Origin: Curvularia clavata
Taxonomy: Eukaryota
Reading direction: 5' to 3'
Length of the DNA stretch: 64,000 nucleotides
Assembly (NCBI GenBank): GCA_023920165.1
Contig: CP089280.1
Coordinates: 2,418,001-2,482,000 of the forward strand
The notes below the pieces were generated by a model. The model saw only the letters and a list, made by a program, of their open reading frames with translations. It was not told the origin of the DNA and searched no databases. Both the position numbers and the translations under genes were made by a program. Positions 26,597-38,734 of this stretch are shown piece after piece. The stretch's first letter is position 1, and the number at the start of each line of letters is the position of its first letter.

Positions 26597-27475
26597 ATGA
26601 CTCTACTGACGACTGCAATAGCTCCAGCACGAACCACTGCGCCGGTGGGGCCGAAGGTAAGTACGGGAGGGATCATGTTGTAGATCTAGAAGATGTCTTG
26701 AATAAGCAACGGCAATCTTTATAGGGTTCATGTGACGAATGCAATCTCAAAGGACTTTTGAGTACTTGAATACATGCATCGAGCTCAATCTCGTCAGCTC
26801 TTGTTTACATTATACATGATATACAGGATGGCGTGCGTATCTCATTCGAGGCTCTCAGACCAGCTGGTGTATCATACCCTGTGCTCCTCTCGTACAAAGT
26901 GACAGACCTGCTCAGCTCAGATAACAAAAAGAGGGGGTTCATCGGGCTCCCTGTGCCGGGATAGAGACGGTGCTGCAAGAATCAGGCATTACCTATACTG
27001 CTGCGCGTCCGGGATACTTCAATACCAACCTCTTTTGGGGTCGTAATGACAAGAAAGAGTACCAAGTTGAACCTCTCTACCTAAATCCGGTATTTGACTA
27101 CATCGCCCCAGCGGACACTGTGGCAGTAGTGGTGCGCTTCTCTCTGAGCCACGACTCCATTAGGAAGCCGGCCAATCCACGTACCTTTGTGGTACAAAAC
27201 GCCTGATCCAACTTGAGACACACGACATTATTGCGAAGACGCTAGGATGTGACATTAAAATTAAGGAGATTGATGAACAAACATTGTTCAAGAAGCTGAG
27301 ACATATGCCATGGCTACTTCTAGATAGCTTGTCATACTGATAAGGGAAAGCAGCGTAGGCAAGAGTTTATCGCAGGGTCTATGAGGAGGCTGTGAAGAAC
27401 ATACAGAAATATGCAGGACGGGAGCCGAACAAGCTTGAGGAGTGGGTTGTGGAGAGCAAGGCTGTATTTTCCTAA
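26597..27475 (+). pseudogene. Degraded NmrA-like / NAD(P)-binding Rossmann-fold gene
   Basis: Colinear fragments in shifting frames: ARTTAPVGPKV; SALVYIIHDIQDGVRISFEALRPAGVSYPVLLSYKV; LQESGITYTAARPGYFNTNLFW..FDYIAPAD; HDIIAKTLGCDIKIKEIDEQ; YEEAVKNIQKYAGREPNKLEEWVVESKAVFS-stop. No intact frame and no GxxGxxG motif remains. Confidence 0.75.
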
Positions 27476-28182
27476 CCATGGAACGCTGTGGGTACATTGA
27501 GGCGCATAATACACCCACGCACTTACGCGGAATCTATCCTTAGCATTATTTAAGATCCAGTCTAGGAAAGGGATCCTCTGCCTAAAATTTCGCTGTCAGG
27601 ACTTGACTGACTAAGCTAGGCCAAGGCAGCCCATGCTGGGATGGACTGGACCAATATAGGCCAGTTACACCTATAAATAGTCAACAATCACTGGAGCAGC
27701 TCACTAGTGATCCGTCTCGTGAATATACGACTGTTTGCTCACAACTATCTCTGATCCATCCCATGCTGTACCCCAAACCAACGAATAGCCTAACATTCGC
27801 CTTGCAATTGTGTACTCTGAGAGACTTCTGAAAACAGACTGGCCCAGAGTCAGACAATGAAACATACGTAGATGATCTTCCCGTCTGGTGAGACCTAGGA
27901 CGCTATGTTTGGCCAGACTAGAGCCTGTATGACAGCTGGGGTATCCCTCGCGGGCCGAGCCATCCAAGCCGCAAAGGGTGTTAGCGCGGGGGGACCCTGC
28001 ATTTGCTATAGAACGGCAGGGGTTGGATGATCACGCTGACGCTGAAACGCATCAAGGGCCCCTCTTGCTACAACCACGCGACATACCAAACCCCACTCTC
28101 TCCTTATATTCTGTCCCCCCGCTGTGTAGCTGTCAACCAAAAACCACTGCTGTCACCTCGAAGACCTCTCGCGCCCGGTGTC

Positions 28183-29037
28183 ATGGCAGCAGCTCTCGAA
28201 GTATCCCCGCCGGCGTCGCCACAACTCGCCAAACACGTCGCAAATGATGCACACACGCGCAGCTGCCCCTCGTGCGGGCATAACCTAAACACATCGGAGC
28301 TCGATGAGGCGAGGCGAAAGATAGAAGAGCTAGAAGCACAGATGGAGCGGCTTAAAGAGAAGGCTACTGCAGCTGGTACGCGCCCAAGCATGCGCCAAAC
28401 GAGCACCAGAAGCCACAAAGTTTATGTAAACTGACGAACATTAGTCGACAGATGTGCCGATTATGAGGACCAGATCCGCAGTCTAAAAGCTAGTCAGCGC
28501 ATTCCCAGTCCTATGCGCTCACAAACCTCGCAATCCGATAGCAACTTTAACGCGGCCTCATCGTTCCCCTCCATCGACGCCGATCCCCCGCGTCCCAGCA
28601 CTGCAAACTCGACAAAGGCTTCACGTTTTTCCTTCATCACGAGCCGCTTCCCTTCTCCGGGCAATACCGGCTCCATGCCCCCGCCGCCTCCACCAAAAGA
28701 CGACCACGTGCTGCTTCACGAGCTCGAGCGGGAACGGGCCCTGCGTGCCAAAGCCGAGGCACGTGTGCAGACAGTAGATACGGAGATTGAGGAGCTGAGT
28801 GTGCAGCTGTTTAGCCAAGCGAACGAGATGGTCGCGGAAGAACGGCGGGCAAGAGCAAAGCTAGAAGAGCGCATAGAGACGCTCGAACGCAGGGACAGAG
28901 AGAAGATGGGCCGGCTGGACCGCCTAGAGAAAGCTGTCAGTAGAGTCGAGAGGGTAAAGGCGTTGCTGGGGGAGAAGTTGGTTACGGAAACCGAGGTGCC
29001 GGCGACCGATACGTTGTCGCTGCCTCCGAGAAGCTGA
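28183..29037 (+). CDS. Short Sec2p-domain (Rab GEF coiled-coil) protein
   Basis: Intron ~28376-28445. EIEELSVQLFSQANEMVAEERRARAKLEER is the Sec2 GEF signature; N-terminal CPSCGH and a coiled coil. Confidence 0.85.
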
Positions 29038-29853
29038 GTCCAACTTGGGGTATTATTTTGTCTTTTTCAGCGTTGCGTCATGTGTTACGATACCCATATA
29101 CTTTTGATCTTTTTGCATCTTGCATAGCGTTGGACATTTGGGAAGTATGCATGTTAGGCTGTGTATAGCAAATGGCGAGAATACATATTCTTTTCAAACA
29201 CCATAGCTGTATTAGGTTATAATACTGTCTCATAATATCCCAGACACATACTTGCATTTCAACTTCGCGTACAACCGCATCGATAAACACACAATAAAGC
29301 GTTTTTCTTTCTCCATTTTCCTCTTTCGTCTTGAGAGCAGAATTTCACCACAGCCACACTCACACTGACCTCAACCAAGGATGCATCAGGCTTCTACCCA
29401 TTTCGCACAGCCAATTGGAACTCACATAGCCGTCCTGATCAACTCAGAAACTATTGCATATACTATGTTGCTGCATCTGTAGTAGTAGATTTCCATGTAA
29501 ATTGTTAACTGATCCTGTAGCAGACGTGACTTGTGTCGTGGTATGTGAACTGCATCTTTGATGCCGCCTTTGTTTTGCCTGAGTTAGCTGGCTGGTAGAT
29601 TAGACAGCTCAGAGGATCCCAAGACGCGACGCGTCTTGTGAGTCAATCTTTGTAGAATGTCTTCGAAAGGTTTCTGTGCAATGAGAACTTCTCCACCATT
29701 TCCGTACCATCGTATGAAGTGAGAGCGCGTCTCGATTGGATCGGATAGTGACTGTTCCTGCTGCCTGAGGCTGCCATTGGTGCTGAGGGCTTCTAAGTAA
29801 TGCTGGTACTATATCCTAATTTTTCTATTATAGAATAACATGTGGTTTTCGAT

Positions 29854-29860
29854 TATAAAA
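29854..29860 (+). promoter_or_regulatory. Putative TATA box of the 30070 gene
   Basis: TATAAAA about 210 nt upstream of the ATG, followed by a pyrimidine/CA-rich leader. Confidence 0.45.
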
Positions 29861-30069
29861 AGTATGCCCATCCGTCTCTTGCACTTTCCTTCTATTCATC
29901 CAGCATCACTGTCCCACGAGCACTTCCATCAAGCCAAATACCAATCCAGCTTCTCCACACGCCAACATCCATACATCGAAGACACAGTAAAGAATCCCTT
30001 TACTTCATCATCAAGTAAGCACCATATTCCTATCACTCTGTACTGAGATTATGGCTAACAGATGTCAGA

Positions 30070-30957
30070 ATGGTCTCCAAGTACTCCAAGACCAAGGGCT
30101 ATAAGCCAGCGCACGTGGACCAGGCGCGCATGGAGGCAGAAAGGGCACAACGCATTCATGAAGAATTCGATGCCTACGAACGCCTGCTGAAGGCCAGTAA
30201 CTATCAGCCTGCCGCCGGCCACTATCGCACCCTCAATGGCCACCACGTACAAATCGTCGGCCAAGAGGGTAACTGGTCGCGAAAGGAAGTCTCGGACGTG
30301 GAGCAGCAGTTGGCTCCCGGTTATGTTTGGCTACCTTGTCCCGCAATCGCCAGTCCTGAGACAACTGTGACTGTCCGACAAGCTTACCTGGACGAACCGA
30401 GCATCTACTGGAGTGTGGCGCCAGTAGAGGTTGGCTTCAACGACCTTGGAAACTTTAGGGACGAGACAGGTGCCCTTTACAAGAGCTACCAACTCAGGCG
30501 GCTCTTTGTCGTTGATACTGCCCTCGGCGCCTACTATGAAGCGGTACCAGAGACCACCTTCGATCCCTCCCGCGAGCACATTCGTGTATACGAAGATGGT
30601 CGCATTCTCTGTGTACCGCCGATTCCCCAGGAATTCCGCTGCGGCTTCCCTATTGCACCGGTCCAGCCACAACTGGTGCCCGCCCAACAAATGCCTGGGG
30701 TTGGGCTTCAACAACCCATGCTTCAGGCGGCTCCGCAACAAATGGCGGAGCCTCAACTCTTCTTGGACGGCAGCAATTCAACCCCAGATTCGGGGTTGAG
30801 CTTCAACAGCGCTGCTGCTCCATCCCCCACAAACAATGCCAATTTGGCAAATGGGGTTATTCAAGAGAATGGAAATGCTGCATTTGATATTTTTGATTTT
30901 AGTGTTGATGAGGTTCTTGGTGCGGATTTTGGCAATGTTGATAACATGATGTTTTAG
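30070..30957 (+). CDS. Orphan hypothetical protein (295 aa; Q/P-rich linker, acidic-aromatic C-terminus)
   Basis: Uninterrupted ATG ORF with coding-like codon usage, a TATA box and a 5'-UTR intron upstream. No family recognised. Confidence 0.7.
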   Translation: MVSKYSKTKGYKPAHVDQARMEAERAQRIHEEFDAYERLLKASNYQPAAGHYRTLNGHHVQIVGQEGNWSRKEVSDVEQQLAPGYVWLPCPAIASPETTVTVRQAYLDEPSIYWSVAPVEVGFNDLGNFRDETGALYKSYQLRRLFVVDTALGAYYEAVPETTFDPSREHIRVYEDGRILCVPPIPQEFRCGFPIAPVQPQLVPAQQMPGVGLQQPMLQAAPQQMAEPQLFLDGSNSTPDSGLSFNSAAAPSPTNNANLANGVIQENGNAAFDIFDFSVDEVLGADFGNVDNMMF

Positions 30958-31139
30958 TGAACTTTTGTACGTTTGGCGCTGATTTGGGGTTTAATCATGT
31001 TTTTTATTGCTTTCAGCGTGTTTGTATTCACATGATCATGGTTTTGGATAGTTTCTCGTTCGCACATTGATACCCAGCACCTGCTAATAGAATTGCCGTT
31101 TCTTCTTGCAATCGTATTGAGCCGTGAACAAATCTTCAC

Positions 31140-32000
31140 TTTCTAGACATCTGTATCTGTCTCAGGCTTTGAAATGTTATATAATCGTACTCGAGGTAGA
31201 AAATATTCGATTTGTAGACCCACCTGAGGTAATCGCTAGCGGTATACTAATTCCACTGGACTGCGGCGACGTCGCTCTACTTCGTATCTGGAAGCTCCTA
31301 TGTTTCCAGATCGCTAGGTTTAGCGTCCTATGGCACATAGTTGCTACCAGCAATTATGTAGCCATCATTGCCATTAACAGAGTTACCCATACTAGCTTCA
31401 GTATACTGTAACAGCCAAGCCATGCAGACTAGTAAACTAATAGGTTGCACCAGCATGGCTGTGAGCACGTACTCTTCTTTTTCTGCCCTCATTGTCCTCC
31501 CAATGGTTATCGTGGTCCCACACTCGAGTAACCTCATTATCCGTGTTCATTAGACCATCAGCAGTTCCTAGTGACTCGTGCCAATCTTTCGATACGTCTT
31601 CGCTAGAGATTGCATCTTCTTCCCACCCAGTCAACTTGAGTGTTTCCTTCGTCACAGTCCCGGCTTGCGCGTCCTCCGAGTGCATCATGCACCAGAGTCC
31701 TGGTCTCTTAGTCAGCAGAAAGCAGGGAGGGAAGAGGTTTTGTTTTGATCCGCTTACTACATTGATGTCGTCAGCCGCGTTTCGTCTAAGCTGGCATGAT
31801 AGAGTATAAGAATACAAAAAAGAAGGAAGGAAGAATGGAGTCCTTTGATTCACCTTCTGCCGCTCAAAACCTTCCTGTCCCATAATTCTTGGCTGGCTGT
31901 ACGAGAGACAAGTTCAGGCGAAACAAGTTCCTGGGGTGTCGAAGCGAGCGAGTCGTTCAATATAAAGAGCTCATTGAAGGTGCTTCGTCTCTGCACGTCG
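31140..32000 (-). pseudogene. Pseudogene of a hypothetical fungal protein family
   Basis: Protein-like segments (ELWDRKVLSG; LWCMMHSEDAQAG; GATY..NSVNGNDGYIIAGSNYVP; ELPDTK*SDVAAVQWN*Y..LRWVYKSNI) broken by four in-frame TAG codons at 31328, 31298, 31277 and 31247. Confidence 0.6.
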
Positions 32001-33142
32001 GATGACTGTTGATTGTGCGAACTGTGGGAGAAGTAGGAGCCCGTAAACACCCTAAGGCGGACAGCTACGATGAGGGTTAAGAGACGATATAGAGGACCAC
32101 GTCTCCTAGCCTTAGTTGGCCTGGCGCCATCGAGAATGCCGAGGGAAAGTATAACACACAGCTGAAGTAAGGAGATACACAGCGAGTACAGAAAAGCACA
32201 AGCATAGCAGAAGGTCTCGGCTTAGGGATATATACAAGACGCGCTTGGTTTTTAAGACGGGCTTATTTACCACTTAGTCCCGTCATACGACACATAATCC
32301 ACCATCCTAAAAGGCGTCTGCATGGGTCAAGCATTCAAATAGGTATACAACGCTCTCTAATTCATATCAGCTCCTTGGTCTTCGGGGTGTCACAAGGGAT
32401 TCCTATTTCCGTGTGTCCTGACAGTGGACCGACAGAGGCGGCAAGATGAGGAGTTAAATTTCATGTAGATTGAGGACTAGGTAAATATAGCTGTTGATTG
32501 AGTACATAGACCATTTAGTAGGTCTAGTTAAGTATAAATCGATAAAATACGCCGTAAGCTAAGTTCTTTGGGTCAGGTGTCTCATTTTACCTTCGCTGGG
32601 TGCATGCACGGGGACTACATTCGTGTTTGTTTGGGTTTGCCATACCGATAATGCATTGAATCCTTCTGTGGAGTTCCAACAGTGCTACAAGAGCTATGAA
32701 GCATTTGTGGTCCGCAAACGTTCTATATCGGATAGTAATACCATACAGGGCTAAAGAGATAGATCTAGGATGAATCAGAGCTCAAAGATCTGCCTAAAGA
32801 TCCACCGTATAGCTTTTCTCCAAGCATTCTTCCCCTCAATGTGCTCGGCCAGGCCGAACCGAGTTGTTGTTGTTTAGAGAACCTTATGTTACCTAGTGGA
32901 TGTGGACACCGGTCTTTTCCTGCCGTTCCTAAGCTCCCCACTACGTACATGCATGAACCATGTCCCCTTTCACGAGTGCTTCTTACCAAGAATACACAAA
33001 CTCGAGTTCTATTGTTCGTCTTACTCAGTCGCTCCAATCACTATATTAATTGTCTCTGTCTGTTACCTATCTTGATTTCGATTTAACCATGATAGAGCTT
33101 GATCGCTGCGGGAAAACGGCTTGGCTACTAACTACCCAAGCC

Positions 33143-34288
33143 CTAAGGCAGGTCCTCCTCATTCAATATGCTAAACCATCGGAAACAGTAAGATATATAG
33201 TTCTTAGAGATCCTCCTGCCTTCCGGGGGCCGCATGCCCAGGTCAGCCATGCGCTTGTCGTCCCATATGGCGAACCCATATTTGCGCCAGGGCTGAAAGG
33301 GAAACCCGACCAGAGGTGGTGATCCATCAAGCCATTGAATGCTGGACATGACGTGATAGAATTTGTATCCCAATGGCGAGCTGTCGAGGTAGTCTGGTCC
33401 CTGACCGAAGCGGTCCTTGTTAAACCCGAACGAGAGCGGCTCGGCGCAGGAATGCCTTGGCACGGTCCCTTCAATCCAATGTATTGTTGACAACCTATAA
33501 GCGTCCTTGTCTATAGCTTTTACCAAAGCAATCGTCCCAGAAGTAACTGCGCGGAAAAAATCGCAGGCTGTCAAGATCTGCTCCCGCTCAAAGTCAAAGA
33601 CATCGTAAAAGCTTTCCATGCTACCATTAGACAACATTTCGACTTCTTGTCTCGACCAATACATGCCTAGGAGGCCTTTATTACCAGCGCCCTGGAGTTC
33701 CAAGAAGAATTGTAGTCGCCAGAAAGCCTTGATCATCCGCTGCTCCTCTACCCACGAAGGCGGGCCGGTGTACTGTGGTAGATAGTCTTTGTGACTCTCA
33801 GCCTTTTCAAACTTTTCCTGATCTGTGCCGCCTGCCCCTCTTTTAATCAGCGTAGAAGGCCGTAGCTCCATCGATTTTTGTATCAGATGTTCGAGGCAGG
33901 CATGGGACCAAGCATGGGCGTTCTCAGCGGTGGCGAGCAGAGACCGTACAGCCGCGGCGGCTCGGTCCAGTCTAGACGAAAGCATTTCGTTGAAGGCCGA
34001 AGGCAAGTCAATTGTCGCTATCTTTTGAGCCTCAGACAGGGATGTCGGAAAGCGCGAAAACCGCGCTCTAAGAACTGCAACCATCAGGCGACGAGTCTCC
34101 ACGGGAACAGTAGCGTTTAGTGCCACCTCTACAATTTCGAGCGGATATCTGTCGAGCACTCTGCCCATAACAGGCGACGCATGGACTAAGCTTCGTATTG
34201 ACAGAGGGTCCAGTGAGAGTTTGATAATTTCAATCCTGATCTCCTCGGGAAGTCGGCCGAACGCATCTCCTTCAGTATTCGATGTCAT
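33143..34288 (-). CDS. Hypothetical protein with N-terminal F-box-like motif
   Basis: Intronless ORF, first ATG 34288; FGRLPEEIRIEIIK..SLVHASP, PPSWVEEQRMIKAFWRLQ, WRKYGFAIWDDKRMADLG. Confidence 0.75.
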   Translation of the reverse strand: MTSNTEGDAFGRLPEEIRIEIIKLSLDPLSIRSLVHASPVMGRVLDRYPLEIVEVALNATVPVETRRLMVAVLRARFSRFPTSLSEAQKIATIDLPSAFNEMLSSRLDRAAAAVRSLLATAENAHAWSHACLEHLIQKSMELRPSTLIKRGAGGTDQEKFEKAESHKDYLPQYTGPPSWVEEQRMIKAFWRLQFFLELQGAGNKGLLGMYWSRQEVEMLSNGSMESFYDVFDFEREQILTACDFFRAVTSGTIALVKAIDKDAYRLSTIHWIEGTVPRHSCAEPLSFGFNKDRFGQGPDYLDSSPLGYKFYHVMSSIQWLDGSPPLVGFPFQPWRKYGFAIWDDKRMADLGMRPPEGRRISKNYISYCFRWFSILNEEDLP

Positions 34289-35442
34289 GGTTGCTTGTAC
34301 CCTGACCGGTGGTGCTCTCGAGGTGGGCGTCTGGATAGAAGATAGAGTCACGGAATCAACAGAGACAGCGGTATTTATCTAGTAGATGTTGCCGAGAAAA
34401 CGCTATGACGACAACAGAAAGATTTCCCATTAGCCGAACTATGGTCCATAGGAGAAGTGAAGATGTGAAGGAAAACTCAACCCCAAAGCATGCATATGAC
34501 TTTGTAATACACGTAATTACATAAAAACTTTAAAAGGTCTATCTTCTCATACCCATGGCAATGAAAGAGATCACGCCACTCCTCGAGTACTCTCTTCAAC
34601 TCTTTCCAACACCTGCATTCCTCACCATCAATCTCGCTTGGTTGCTGAAGCTTTTGCTTCTGCAATAATTCTTACTGGTGTTCCAATCTTATTGCTTATA
34701 TGCTAAGCGTTGTCCTTTCATTTCTGGTCTCATACCTTGATGCCTAGATTTCCATGTTCTAAGCACATTTAACCTTTCTCCGTTCCTTGGCAGTTGCTTG
34801 TTCACGAAGACAATTACTCCTAGACTGGAAGCTGCGGATGTCGCGCGCTGGGCTCGTGACACTGCAAACTAGTACACACAACATATTAATTCGTTTTCAA
34901 CCATACATCATTTTTTCCAGGGGGACTCGGCGATCCTAGGAGACTTGGCACCCGAAGGATCAGTTTGGCGAAAATTCTATGTTCCCCTAACCGTGCCGCA
35001 TGGAAATATCATACATTCTCCCAACTGCGATACGAAAAACTTGATCTCATCCTGGACTGAAAGTCAGGCTTTTAGCGAGTCAGTAAATTATCGAATGATT
35101 GCATGCAATGAAGGTGGAGTCGGAAAAGCTGTTAGACTTGTAGACTGGAGATTAGAGTCCTGGCATGAGCAAAAAAGCAGTATCAGTATATGTACATAAA
35201 ACCTCTATTATCATATATGGATGACAACCATTCCAAAAACCTTTTCCTTTTCCCTTATGTCCTTTGAAGGTGGTAGTATGAACACTGATATAAAGACGAT
35301 TGGGCTCATGAGTAGATGTAGACTAAAGTTTTTAATATGAGAATAAAGGATGTTGCTTCAGTCTGCCTTTATTTTCTACGGCTATGGTGGGAGATAATCA
35401 CATTTACTCTGGGTTTTAAACATGTGCCTCCAATAGACCTAA

Positions 35443-37179
35443 TCAGATAGATAATGCTCCCATTATTATTGATGGGCAAGCAGTATCGTACTTCTCTGCC
35501 TTGGCAAAGGTCAGTCGCGGTTCATTGTTGACAGCAATCTCAGCCCACGTCTCAGCTGTTGGATTGAACCGTGACCAGCGCAAATTGTTGACCAAACCAT
35601 TCACAGGATCAGTAGTGAACTCAGCTACTGCCCTTTGAAAAAGCTTCACGGTATCTCTCTGAGGCTCGGTTTCAGGAAGTCCACTAGTCTCCTCCGAGCC
35701 TCCGAGAATCATGTGTAATTCAGAACCGTGATAAGCACCGCTAGTTGGGTAGAGACGGGTATTGTTCCAGTCGCCGTAGTAGCGGTAAACGAACGTCGGG
35801 ACGCCGTTGTCGACACGCTTGTTAGCTTCGTAGGATACAGGGCATACAAAAGACTCTAGTAGGAATTGGGAAGCCTGTGCTTCGGTGATATTGCGTCCAG
35901 CTGCAAACGCCGGGATCACGTAGTATCCCTGCTCGTTGTTGTTGTGTCCGAGGAAATAAGGAAGCCGAGCGAAGCGACCTGCTTTGGCGAGTGTCTCATA
36001 ATCGCTAAACACGAGCTCTTCATCAACGACGGGATAGAAGGGTGGAGTGGACCGCACTGGGCTTCCTCCTGGGCTAACTGGAATTTTTGCTGCCGCCAAC
36101 GAAATGGTTTCCCATGGTAATACACGCATGCAAGCGAGAGTGTCGCTTGATGAACCACAACCGACGGCAGTAGTAATGTTGTTCCAGTTGTCCTTCTGCT
36201 TTTGAGGAAGGTTCAAAGGGAAGCTGAACACGGTTCCAGAAGTGGACATGAGACCATGGACAATGGGGTTCTGCTGGTACGCATACGACCACCAGTCTAC
36301 CGAAACACCACCTGATGATTGTCCAGCAATGACCATTTTATTTGGGTTTCCTCCAAAGGCCCTGATGTTCTCTTGAAGCCATTCGATGGCAAGACGCTGG
36401 TCCCGCAAGCCAAGATTGGTATCAAGACCTGGTGCGCCAGGGAAACCAAAGACATTCAAACGATAGTTGACTGAGACTACAATTATGTCTTCTGCATTAG
36501 CAAGATGTTGACCATTGGCGAAGGGCGTGTTTGTCCCGCCTCCAGCGAAACCTATTCAAGATCAGTAAGAAACGGTGAAATGTTATCAGTAAGATTGAGA
36601 ACCTACGTCCTCCATGGAACAGGATCCAAACTGGTTTACCTGCGTCCGCAGATTTCCTTGACGGTTTCGCCCAGATGTTCAAGATGAGACAGTCCTCACT
36701 CCGTTTTGTACCGGCGGCGCTGGTAAAGTAGTTCAGTATTCGAAGGGCTTGAGGAGTGAAACCTGGAAATTTGGGTTGGGTCGCAGCTTGTTGCGGGCAG
36801 TCACTGCGAAAAGTCAGACAAAGTGTTTACTTTATGCAGCAGCCACTACGTACAATCCCTGTGCGATAAATCAATTGAACGAACTTGGGAGAAATTTCTG
36901 CATGGAAATTGAGGCTCTGATTAGGCTGGTACTTACGTAGTTCGCCGCATTGTACGGACTTTTCCCGGTATACTTCTTGGGTGCAGCGAATCGTAGATCT
37001 CCTAACGGAGGCTGGGCATAAGGAATACCCAAATACTCCCAGACGTCTTTGGCATTGGGTGCGCGGTGGCCGGTGATAGGTCCATTCTGAGTTTGAACAG
37101 TCTCGTAGGATTTGGTTGGTGTAGCGGTTGTCAGCATGAATGCGCAAAGGCATACTGCAGCAGTGAAAAGACTACGCAT
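35443..37179 (-). CDS. Secreted type-B carboxylesterase (alpha/beta hydrolase)
   Basis: Signal peptide; YLGIPYAQPPLGDLRFAAP, SEDCLILNIW, VSVNYRLNVFGFP, nucleophile elbow GQSSGG, Glu in NNEQG, His in YHGSEL; three introns including a 5-nt micro-exon. Confidence 0.93.
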
Positions 37180-38734
37180 CTTGCAAGTTGTGAGGTAGTC
37201 GCTGAAGGAGCGATGGTTTGAAATGTTTACTAGCGCGTGACCAGCATTAATTGCACATGAACGACCCTTGTACTACTTCCGCCACCGCGGCGTAAGCTCC
37301 AGCATTGGTAGCGGAGTTACATCCATCTCAGTCTAGATCTTCATGGTCCTACAACCCTGAACAACGAGGATGTGATAGAGTGATAAGGCCACATACCCCT
37401 TAGTACATGCGTGCTTGACTCTTCGAACATAAAATGCACGGCTTTGCAATTAACAGTATGCAACGCCTATGCCTAACTCAGTTTTGATGCAGGGATTGGC
37501 ACACTCCAGAGTAAAGTTGGTGGTATGATGGCGTACCTAACTTACCCGCAATACAGACGCTAGTTAGGTTCTGGGCAATAAGCCGATCGACCTGGCTTCA
37601 GGCCACCCCCAACTTCCGGCCACTCCACCAAAACGCACACCTCTTAGGTGCGCAGTTTGGTAGTTGGATGGTGCGCGCCAATAGATTTAGCTAGCTCACT
37701 ACCTGTCTGTCACTATTCTCGGATCGTTTGACGACTCACCAAACATCTCTGGGTCAGCGTGAATGATTTCGATGAATTATTTGACGGCATTGCGTCGTGA
37801 GCGGGGCGCAAGAAATACGAAGTACCACGTTCTCAAAAAGCAGATGCGCCATTAATGACACATGCTAACTACTCGTTGCGTCTTGTATAGATGATGTTAC
37901 TAGATCAGCTCCTAGGTATCTCTATCAGATCTCATAGCCTATGAACATCGCAAGGTCCTTGATACTGAACGCATGCACTTATCTGTGAAGCAAGCACAGA
38001 AGCGGGTCGGTCTGCACCGCGTCTTGGATTACCTAAATCAGAACATCTTGAATTCGTATGCCCATGAGTGAGATATGATTATAGCTGACTGTGATCCTAA
38101 CAGCTATGATTACAACTAAACATCCGCTGCGCTACAAGTATAAAGAAGGGTTGCGATAAAATCCTTCGCGGCATTTTCATAGTACGCGAAGCTGCATTTT
38201 ACGAAACAGAATTGGAAACTGTAGGAGGCTCTACAGCCAGTAGCGATGCTTCCAGGAACACAATATCATAGTGGTGATAATTAATGAGGCTTATATCAAT
38301 TGCACAGCGGTGCCAGCAAACTGAAGAAAGTTGTTGAGCAAAGTAAGTTGAAGTTTGAGAATTGCATATCCTATCTCTCGCTATATAAGACGGTCTAAAA
38401 GCCAAAATACTGCAATCAGAAATAGAGAAGCAAGAAATGACCCAAGTTAATGTGCTGCGTAGTCGATATACAGGGAAAGTAAGCAACTTGCTCAGGCAAA
38501 GCTAGCAGTTCTTCAAGCCTGCAGCTCATCAAGCAAGGAGCAAAGAAAAACTAATAACAAGGTGTAAAGTCTAAAAACTAAGAAAGAGAGTGTAGAGAAA
38601 AGCAAAAAGGAAAGAAAAGTGGTAGGAAGAGACAGAGGTGATAGTCGAGTAAGTCTCTTGGGCCTGAATGCCTACACTACCGCCGCATCGCTGCAGGCCG
38701 CGTGATGATGATGTATGATGTGTATAGCAATAAT

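Noticed and set aside
38020..38640. A-rich, TpA-rich stretch that might be a RIP-degraded transposase
   Set aside because: No catalytic motif or terminal repeat could be read; composition alone is insufficient.
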